The notes under the pieces: generated by a model | What the model saw: the letters and a program-made list of their open reading frames with translations, nothing else | Databases searched by the model: none | What the model was told of the DNA's origin: nothing | Origin: Acidobacteriota bacterium | GTDB taxonomy: Bacteria > Acidobacteriota > UBA890 > WLXD01 | NCBI GenBank assembly: GCA_963666055.2 | Contig: CAXWPH010000015.1 | Coordinates: 992,001-1,056,000 of the forward strand | Direction of reading: 5' to 3' | DNA: 64,000 nucleotides | Shown here: positions 50,399-58,073 of the stretch, in pieces | Position numbering within the stretch: the stretch's first letter is position 1 | Layout: every line of letters begins with the position of its first letter | Translations under genes and position numbers: made by a program

Positions 50399-50559
50399 AG
50401 CTCCTCCGACTTCTCTAACGCGGGAACTGCGCGGAACGCCGGCTTTTCGCAGTCCGGCCCTATAGTATCCATTCCTCTACAGTGGGCCAATGTGGTCACC
50501 TCTTGGACACGAGGTTTTCTACGGAGGCTCGGGCTCGGTTTGGACGGATACCAGTCAGT

Positions 50560-50740
50560 CAGGCCAGTGGAGCTGTTTGAACGGCGCTTCACGTTCGAGT
50601 TCGGCAACGCGAATTACGACATCGCCGATGACGGCCAGCGTTTTCTAATGGTCCAAGAGACAGCGCCGCCAGTGACCCAGGTTCCGGTGATCATCAACTG
50701 GTTCGACGAGCTGAGGCGGCTCGTGCCGACGGACCCGTAG
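50560..50740 (+). pseudogene. Kinase-PD40 3'-tail remnant
   Basis: ELFERRF...NYDIADDGQRFLMVQE...VIINWFDELRRLVPTDP*. Confidence 0.85.
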
Positions 50741-50743
50741 CGG

Positions 50744-51991
50744 GTGACAGCGGTGGACAGGCGCGCGTTACTCAAAACCGGTGGCCTGGCGGTGCTCGGT
50801 CTCGGTGTGGGTGGGTGTGCGGGGCGCGCGCCGAGGCCCAACGAGCTGCCGAGGTTCAGAGTCAACCTCGCCACTGTCGAAGCCTCCTGGGATAGGGTTA
50901 TCCGCACCACGGTCGGGTTGCGTCCGCACCGGCCCTCCGGGTTCGTGCTCAGGGCTCAGAAGCTCGACGCCAAGACCGTCATCCACAACTACGGCCACGG
51001 CGGAGCCGGCCACTCGATCGGTTGGGGTACGGCCGAACTGGCGGCCGAGATCGCGATGGAGCACGGCGACCGGCACGCGGCAGTCATCGGCTGCGGCATC
51101 GTTGGGCTGACCACGGCGCGACAGCTGCAGCGGCGCGGCTTCGACGTGACCATCTACGCCAAGTCGGTGCCTCCAGACACAACCTCCAACAAGGCTCTGG
51201 CCGCCTTCACGCCGACGTCCGGGCTGATTGACGGGAACCGGCGCACGCCGGAATGGGATGCGCAGTTCCGGCGCGCTGCGGAGATCGCGTACGAGCAGCT
51301 GCAGCTGCTGGTGGGCCGCGGCTACGGAGTCTCGTGGAGCAACATCTACGGGATGATGAACGAGCCGCCCGCAGCGCCGGAGGGAGGTTCGCTCTCGCCG
51401 CTGCGGCCCGCGTCCTTGCGAACGGGCCGGGTGGTGCTGGAGCCCGGTGAGCACCCGTTCCCGTCCAGGTTCGCCACCCGCGCCCCGTGGCTCCTGATCG
51501 AGCCTGCGATCTACCTGGACGCGCTGGTGCGCGACGTTCTCCTGTTCGGCGGCCGCATCGTGATTTGCCAGTTTGCGACGTCGCGAGATCTGATGTCGCT
51601 GCGCGAGTCGCTCATCGTCAACTGCACCGGGCTCGGGGCGCGCGAGCTCTTCAAGGACGACGAGCTGATCCCGCTGAAGGGCCAGCTCACCATGCTGGTG
51701 CCTCAGCCCGAGGTCGACTACGCGACGTTCGGTGGCGTGCCCGGCAGCCCCAACGCGCGCGGCGGGTTCATCCACATGGCGCCGCGCAGCGACGGCATCG
51801 CGCTCGGTGGCACGAGCGAAGAGGGCGTCTGGGATCTCGAGCCGAACGAGGCGGCGCGGCGTCGGATCGTCGAGAGCCACATCGAGCTGTTCGAGGCGAT
51901 GCGAACGCCGAGCTCCACGCCCATCGTGCGGCCGCCGTCGGCGCCCGCCAGGGCTCCGGCGCTCGAAAGCTTCTACGATCTCGAGTCCTAG
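50744..51991 (+). CDS. Tat lipoprotein, D-amino-acid oxidase family, permuted motif order
   Basis: DRRALL...GGC signal; VGLRP and HNYGHGGAG precede AVIGCGIVGLTTA; VNCTGLGA, PLKGQ. Confidence 0.85.
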   Translation: MTAVDRRALLKTGGLAVLGLGVGGCAGRAPRPNELPRFRVNLATVEASWDRVIRTTVGLRPHRPSGFVLRAQKLDAKTVIHNYGHGGAGHSIGWGTAELAAEIAMEHGDRHAAVIGCGIVGLTTARQLQRRGFDVTIYAKSVPPDTTSNKALAAFTPTSGLIDGNRRTPEWDAQFRRAAEIAYEQLQLLVGRGYGVSWSNIYGMMNEPPAAPEGGSLSPLRPASLRTGRVVLEPGEHPFPSRFATRAPWLLIEPAIYLDALVRDVLLFGGRIVICQFATSRDLMSLRESLIVNCTGLGARELFKDDELIPLKGQLTMLVPQPEVDYATFGGVPGSPNARGGFIHMAPRSDGIALGGTSEEGVWDLEPNEAARRRIVESHIELFEAMRTPSSTPIVRPPSAPARAPALESFYDLES

Positions 51992-52222
51992 CAGGGTGGG
52001 ATGAAGGTGTGCTCGGCTGGTCGGCGCCCTTGCGGGCTGCAGCGCGGGGCTGAACAGCCCTTCTTGCCAGGGGTAGTGCTCGGCCGGCTCGATGGAGAGT
52101 CTCGACGTAGGGGCCGGCGTTGGCGATCGCCCATGTTCGTCAGAATGAACTTAGCCTCATCGAGAGCCAATGCACTTCCGTCGCGCAGAATCACCTCGCC
52201 GGAGAACATCCACACAGCGGCA

Positions 52223-52448
52223 CGGCTCGTGCCGACGGATCCGTAGCGGCATCAGCCGAGTCTCGGGAGCCCGCGCCATCAACGCGCCCACCTGTCCCTC
52301 CGAGTTCTCCTTTGACCTCCCTCGTACACGAGATGTGGGAGGCAGTACCGGGCCGGATCGAGCTGCTCGTGCGTTACGGAGGCCCACTCCCGGGCTCCGG
52401 GGATACGTGCGGCTCGTCGGTGAGGGGGTCACAGGGTCGTAGCGGGCG
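52223..52448 (+). repeat. Second copy of the 225-bp duplication, starting with kinase-tail end RLVPTDP*
   Basis: Aligns by eye with 39621-39846. Confidence 0.9.
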
Positions 52449-52490
52449 CTGGTGAGCGACGGGCGATCAAGGGAGGCGGGCAACGATAGA

Positions 52491-54176
52491 TCAAGGGTTG
52501 AGTCCCGCGTAGTTGTAAAGCGTCGTCGCGTAACTCTTCATCGCCCCGGCAAACCCGTACACTCGCTCGCCGTCCCCTTCGATGACGTAATACTCACCCT
52601 CCGGATGGAAGTGGGCTCCCGTTCCGTAGCCGAGCCCGCCGCGGGCGGTCGGTAGCTGCAACGGCATGCGCGTGAACAGGTAGTCCGGCCACCGCGCCGT
52701 TGCGGTACCGAGGAAGTCTCCCGTGGGCGGCTCATCGAAGGGGACGTCGAACTGGCGGTACATCGCGCGGATGGCGTCGGCGATCTCGGTGTCCGTGTTG
52801 GCGTACGACCAGGGAACATCGCCGATGACGTTCATCTTGACATCCGCATAGCCGTGATCGTCGAGATAGGCGCGGATCACCTCGGCGAGGACTTCGCCGT
52901 CGACGTTTGGCGGATAGCGGATGTCCATCTTCGATGCGGCGACCGGCGGTCGGTGATGGCCGGCGTATCCGGGCACCATGTTGCCACCCCAGGTCCCCAT
53001 GATCGCCACTCGAACGCCAGTGCGGACCCTGAGGATTTCCTCGAAGCTCCTGCCGCTCGACTCGGCGCGACGGCGAAGGTACTCCATCTCCGGGGGAGAC
53101 GGTTGGATCACCCCTTCCGCCATCTGCTGGCGCAGCTCGGAGTCCTCGGCAAAGACCTGCAGCATCTGCATGTGCCGCCACATCGGTTGCTCCGGGAGCC
53201 ACAGCCCGACGCCCGGTGACATACCGTCTGAAGCGTTGAGGCCGGCGAGCGGATGGGTCTCCAGATCGAAGACCAGATTGCCGATCGAGGCGGCGCCACC
53301 GACGCGGCCTTGGCCGTTCGACCCCTGGCCCGCCCCGAGGCCGAAGACCGCATCCGCCTCGAAGAGCTCCGGGTGCTTCATCATGAAGGACCGGATACCG
53401 ATCTCGGCGCGCTCCTCGTCGTGGTCGACGATGAAGATCATGTTCACGGGCAGCGTGCCGGTCGTCGCCTTGATCGAGATCAGCGCGTTGAGCTGCGCCA
53501 TTTCGTGACCCTTCTGGTTGCTGGCGCCGCGTCCCACCAACACCCTCTTGTACGGTGGCTTCTCGATGATTTGCCCACCGAAGGGGGGCGCCGGCCAGTC
53601 TTCCTCGGGCCAGATCGGCATCACGTCGGCCATCACGTAGTCGATGATGGTCTTCTCGGCGCCGACATCGCAGCGCCCGTAAACGACCGGGTTGCCGGGT
53701 GTTCCCCAGTCACCGATGCCGGGATGGTGAATTTCCGCCTGGCAACCGAGGGCCTCGGTGATCAGATCGCGCAGGAAGAGCGCCGAGTCCCAGATCCCCG
53801 GCTGTCCTTCCACGAGGTTCGAAATGCTGGGGATCTTGATCCACTCGCGCAGACGATCCACGTGGGTGTCGAAGTTGGCGTCGATGTGTCGATAGACGCG
53901 CTTGAGCTCGTCCGACACCTCCGTCGGATCGGGCGGATCGCCGTGCACGGTGAGCTGTCGCGTCGGCATGCCGGGTGGTCGCGGCCATGGCGTGGGTGGT
54001 TCTCCGGTCCCAGCAGGCGCGACGGCGTCCGAAGTCATCGGGTTCGCCAGGGCACCGAGGCTGGCTCCTACGAGGTGGCCGCCCCCCGCAAGGAAACCAG
54101 TGATCAGCACACCGGCCAGGAACCTCCGCTTGGTAGGCTCCGTTGACCGACGCTTCATCATCGCTCGGGATTCCAT
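52491..54176 (-). CDS. M20/M25/M40 family metallo-hydrolase, secreted, with atypical metal ligands
   Basis: IPSIS, GNPVVYG, MADVMP, GRGASNQKG, LPVN..F..DHDEE, GTGAH. Confidence 0.8.
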   Translation of the reverse strand: MESRAMMKRRSTEPTKRRFLAGVLITGFLAGGGHLVGASLGALANPMTSDAVAPAGTGEPPTPWPRPPGMPTRQLTVHGDPPDPTEVSDELKRVYRHIDANFDTHVDRLREWIKIPSISNLVEGQPGIWDSALFLRDLITEALGCQAEIHHPGIGDWGTPGNPVVYGRCDVGAEKTIIDYVMADVMPIWPEEDWPAPPFGGQIIEKPPYKRVLVGRGASNQKGHEMAQLNALISIKATTGTLPVNMIFIVDHDEERAEIGIRSFMMKHPELFEADAVFGLGAGQGSNGQGRVGGAASIGNLVFDLETHPLAGLNASDGMSPGVGLWLPEQPMWRHMQMLQVFAEDSELRQQMAEGVIQPSPPEMEYLRRRAESSGRSFEEILRVRTGVRVAIMGTWGGNMVPGYAGHHRPPVAASKMDIRYPPNVDGEVLAEVIRAYLDDHGYADVKMNVIGDVPWSYANTDTEIADAIRAMYRQFDVPFDEPPTGDFLGTATARWPDYLFTRMPLQLPTARGGLGYGTGAHFHPEGEYYVIEGDGERVYGFAGAMKSYATTLYNYAGLNP

Positions 54177-54377
54177 ACTCGACCCTCCTCTACGATCCGT
54201 TCGAGCGTTCGCCGCGGTCGAATCGAATCATGGGGCGTGCTCCCCGCTCAAGGCCGCACCTCGCTACGCTCGGAGGCGTCGCGCCACGGCGTCGCCGGTG
54301 TCGCCGTCGCCGCCTATATCCGTGGAAGACGACCATGACAATAGTGACGATGATCAGACAAGCTCTTAGCCCTGCGG

Positions 54378-54432
54378 TGCTGGAATCCGCAAGGATACCG
54401 CCGACGCGATTGCAGTCGAATACAAGTTAGGC
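54378..54432 (+). other. 3' half of attC-like site followed by a truncated gene start
   Basis: Repeat of ~41117-41167 ending GTTAGGC; then GAGGA RBS and ATG 54457 encoding signal-like [16 protein letters not shown]. Confidence 0.6.
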
Positions 54433-54629
54433 TGCCTTGAACCCTCGAATGAGGACATGGCGATGAAGTCTGTTCTATGTCTCGCCCTGTGGTTGCTTCC
54501 TCCACGCCACCCTTGAGAATCTCTGGTCGCCTACGTCGACACAGCCGATCCTGTGGAGCTGACCACCACGGGCTACGAGGCCTCACCTCGCCTCCCGAGG
54601 CCGTTACTCACCATGACTGCAGTAGCATA

Positions 54630-54850
54630 CTCGTAGGACACCACGGCCTGCCACGGCGCAAGGTGGCTATCAAGGTGCTGTCTGCCGAGTTCGCTTCCGA
54701 CCCCGACCGCCTGGCTCGCTTCGAGCGCGAAGCCAAGCTGCTTGCCTCGCTGAACCACCCGAAACATCGCCACGATCCACGGATTCGACGAATCGGACCG
54801 TGTGTGCTTCGTCGCCATGGAGCTGGGCGACAGCCTCGCTGACCTCATCA
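54630..54850 (+). pseudogene. Ser/Thr kinase N-lobe remnant
   Basis: [35 protein letters not shown], frameshift, then IATIHGFDE...FVAMEL. Confidence 0.85.
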
Positions 54851-54873
54851 AGTCCAGAAGGAGGGCAGTCTGA

Positions 54874-56031
54874 ATGAATATTCAAAGACGTCGGTTTCTG
54901 GGCAGTTTCTTGGGCCCCGCATTTCTGGCAGGAATGCCGCTCTCCACGCTTGTCGCCGGGTCACGCTCGCCACCCGTGGCAGCCGATGCAAACGCTGCTT
55001 TGATCGACAACACACAAGCTTGGGGCGTCTCGGAACGTGCGGCGGCTCTGCACGCTTCAGCCCTGGTGTGGGACGATCACGCTGGCTGGGGGTTCAACAA
55101 GGCCGAAGATCTCCAGTGGCTCGCGCTGTGGAGTGCCGCCGGCGCGGACTTCCTCTCGGTGAACATCGGCTATGACGCCACACCGTGGACTCTGGCTATC
55201 CAGGCGGTCTCACAATACCGCCACTGGATTCGCGAGCACAGCGACCATTTTATTCAGGTCGAGACCTTACAGGATGTGCAGAGGGCAAGGCGCGAAAACA
55301 AATTGGCGGTCAGTTTCGACCTGGAGGGTATGGGCGCCCTCAACGGTGATGTCGGCATGGTCGACCTTTATTACCGGCTGGGAGTTCGCCAAATGCTCAT
55401 CGCCTACAATCTCAACAACCTGGCGGGTGGCGGTTGCCACGACAACGACGCCGGCCTGACGCCGTTCGGCCGCTCGGCGATTCGGGAAATGAATCGGGTC
55501 GGAATGCTGGTCGACTGTTCACACACCGGCTACCGAACTGCCCTCGAGGCGATGGATGCCTCCGACGCACCGGTCATTTTCTCCCATTCGAACGCACGCA
55601 ACCTCCAGGATCACGAGCGAAACATCACCGACGACCTCATCGAGGCATGCGCTGCCACGGGCGGCGTGATCGCAATAAACGGTGTGCATCTGTATCTCGG
55701 GCCGCAGGACGGTACCGTCAATCGCCTGGTTGACCATATCGAATACATGGTTCAATTGGTTGGCCCCGAGCATGTAGGCATCGGCCTCGACAGCGTACCG
55801 GTTCAGATAACTGACGACGCCCCAGCAGACCCCCGATACTGGCCGGCCGGCCAGTATCCCGCTTCCGCGGGCCCAGATCCGTTCGCCCAGGTCGTTCAGC
55901 CCGATGCCATCCCCCAGATCACCGAACGACTGCTTGATATCGGCTATGACGACAGCGCAATACTGGCGATCATGGGAGGTAACTTTGCCCGCGTCGCGGA
56001 ACAGGTCTGGAAACCCGTGAATGTCGCCTAA
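54874..56031 (+). CDS. Tat-exported membrane dipeptidase (M19)
   Basis: QRRRFL signal; DDH, LEG, EMNRVGMLVDCSH, SHSN, RNITD, HVGIGLD, GGNF.RV. Confidence 0.9.
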   Translation: MNIQRRRFLGSFLGPAFLAGMPLSTLVAGSRSPPVAADANAALIDNTQAWGVSERAAALHASALVWDDHAGWGFNKAEDLQWLALWSAAGADFLSVNIGYDATPWTLAIQAVSQYRHWIREHSDHFIQVETLQDVQRARRENKLAVSFDLEGMGALNGDVGMVDLYYRLGVRQMLIAYNLNNLAGGGCHDNDAGLTPFGRSAIREMNRVGMLVDCSHTGYRTALEAMDASDAPVIFSHSNARNLQDHERNITDDLIEACAATGGVIAINGVHLYLGPQDGTVNRLVDHIEYMVQLVGPEHVGIGLDSVPVQITDDAPADPRYWPAGQYPASAGPDPFAQVVQPDAIPQITERLLDIGYDDSAILAIMGGNFARVAEQVWKPVNVA

Positions 56032-56091
56032 CAGGCCGTGGTGAAAGTGTGGTGGGTCTGGCAACAGGGGGCGCGGCGCCCCGATGCCCGA

Positions 56092-57576
56092 CTAGCGGCG
56101 TCGCAACGGCTTGACCACGAGCTCCCAGGCAGCGTGGTCATCCGGTCCGGAGGGGCCGATCTTGCCCTTGGCCATCTCCAGCAGCTCCGCCGGGTCGTAG
56201 ACCACCCCCGCCTTCACCACCAGGCGCACGTTGCGCGCGTTGGAGATGTCCTCCAGCGGGTTGCCCTCAGCGACGTACAGATCGGCGAGCTTGCCGGGTT
56301 CGATCGACCCGAGCCGGTCGACTACCCCGAGCGCTCGCGCTCCGTTGATGGTTGCGGCCTTGAGCACCGCCGCCGGGGGCAGCCCGGCTTGGACCATGAT
56401 CATGAGCTCACGATGGTAGGCGAAGCCTGGCAGCCAGGGACCGGAGGTCGGCTCGTCGGTGCCGACGATGATGAGGTCGCCGCCACCCGACTCGAACAGG
56501 GCGCCGAGTTCGGCGATGTGCCGGCGGGAACTCCTCGACACGACGTACTCGCTCCCCGGCTCGGCCCCGGACGCCGCCTTTCGGGCACGAATCCGCTGCT
56601 GCGCGTACGGCGTGAAGAACTCGTATTCGTCCACCCAGACCAGGTCGAGCGACGGGTGGCCGGTGGGGTCCCCGTCATAGCGGGAGTACATCTGCAGGTT
56701 GGAGTCGAAATACACTCCCTCCTCGAGAAAGAGGTTGATCATGCGCTCCAGCTCGGCCGGATCGTCACCCCTCCCGCTCCTGATCCCGTGCTCGATCCGG
56801 TCCAGTCCCATGGCGATGGCTTCATCGGGCTCGACGTCGTAGGACCCCGCGTAGTTGCCAAGGTGACTGGTCGTGGTCATGCCCCGGCGATGCGCCTGGT
56901 CGATGAGAATGCGCATCTCCTCGGGCGTCGCCTGCTTGATCTTGATGCTGCGTACGCCGCGCTGCGCCCAGTAGTCCACTTCGGCGCGAATCTCTTGTTC
57001 GGTGATGTCGTTCGGCCACGCGATGCAGTCGTCCTCCGCCGTCTTGATCTGGTATTCGCACCGGAAGGCACCGAAGTACGGCCCCGAGACGAAAAGGCGG
57101 GTACCGATTGCCTCACCGCGGTCGATCCGATCGCGCCTCTCGATGACGCGCTCGGGGAAGAACTCACCCGCCGACCAGGTGGCGGTGACACCGTTGGCCA
57201 GGAAGATGATCGAGTTGTATGTGACCTCCTCGGCCCGCCCGATGCCCACCATGTTCATGTTGAGGTGGCCGTGTAAATCGATCATCCCGGGCAAGATCGT
57301 GGCGCCGTCATCGAGCTCGATCTTCCGGGCGGCCGGAAAATAGCGGCCGCTGAGGTCGGCGCCGACCTCGACGAACTTGCCGTCACGGATGACGATCCCG
57401 GTGTTGCGGACACGCGCGTCGCCAACGCCGTCGAACAGCCAGCCGCCGGTGATCACGACCTCGCGCGGCGGCGCTTGTGCCCACTGCGCGGCTGCCGGAG
57501 ACGTCCACACCGCCATCACAGCCGTGAGCAAGGCCAGGCGCATGAGGATGAACGCTCGCACCCGTCTCGTCTTCAT
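56092..57576 (-). CDS. Secreted amidohydrolase-family protein
   Basis: PGMIDLHGH, IEHG, VGTD, ATINGA, GSIEPGKLADL. Confidence 0.88.
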   Translation of the reverse strand: MKTRRVRAFILMRLALLTAVMAVWTSPAAAQWAQAPPREVVITGGWLFDGVGDARVRNTGIVIRDGKFVEVGADLSGRYFPAARKIELDDGATILPGMIDLHGHLNMNMVGIGRAEEVTYNSIIFLANGVTATWSAGEFFPERVIERRDRIDRGEAIGTRLFVSGPYFGAFRCEYQIKTAEDDCIAWPNDITEQEIRAEVDYWAQRGVRSIKIKQATPEEMRILIDQAHRRGMTTTSHLGNYAGSYDVEPDEAIAMGLDRIEHGIRSGRGDDPAELERMINLFLEEGVYFDSNLQMYSRYDGDPTGHPSLDLVWVDEYEFFTPYAQQRIRARKAASGAEPGSEYVVSRSSRRHIAELGALFESGGGDLIIVGTDEPTSGPWLPGFAYHRELMIMVQAGLPPAAVLKAATINGARALGVVDRLGSIEPGKLADLYVAEGNPLEDISNARNVRLVVKAGVVYDPAELLEMAKGKIGPSGPDDHAAWELVVKPLRRR

Positions 57577-58073
57577 TTCTCAACTATCAGGTTAGCGTCT
57601 TGACCCCGGATTTCCCAGATAACCGGTGTTCGGTCACGCGATAAGCTCTGCAATGGTAACGGCGCGCTATCTAACATGGATTCACGATTCTGTCGACCGC
57701 GAAACGGGCCGGAGGACGACGCCAATGGCTCGACGAATCGATCCAGGGATCATCTTCCCAATCGATAGCGGTTTAATCGCCTTTGCGCAGGCCCTCCATC
57801 TCGACCCGTGGTGCGACGGTCCTCTCGGCAGGCGCAGGCTCCTTGAAGGAGCTTGTCGGCGCGGTGTAGTCCGCACGCTTCACGGAGCGCCTAGAGCACA
57901 GCCTCGCTCGCTCGACGCTTCAGGCACCCAGTACACGGCGCTTTCAACTCTGTGGTGCGCTGTGTCCGCGATTGGCCCTTGTCCGGATAGCAACGAACTT
58001 AGTTACTCAGGGTCGCAACGTCTGCTCTGCTAAATTGGGACGAGTTGCGCCCGCATGAAGCCAATCGGGAACC

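Noticed and set aside
37038-52246. Kinase-tail repeats as a CRISPR array
   Set aside because: Spacing is irregular and kilobases long, the repeat is protein-coding with synonymous variation, and no cas genes are present.
56026-56032. GCCTAAC at the dipeptidase stop as an attC R'' box
   Set aside because: Explained by the dispersed MITE-end repeat starting at CTAA-CAGGCC; no matching GTT arm.
57600-57622. TGACCCCGGATTTCCCAGATA as an IS3-like inverted repeat
   Set aside because: Short similarity only; no partner IR or transposase remnant recognised.
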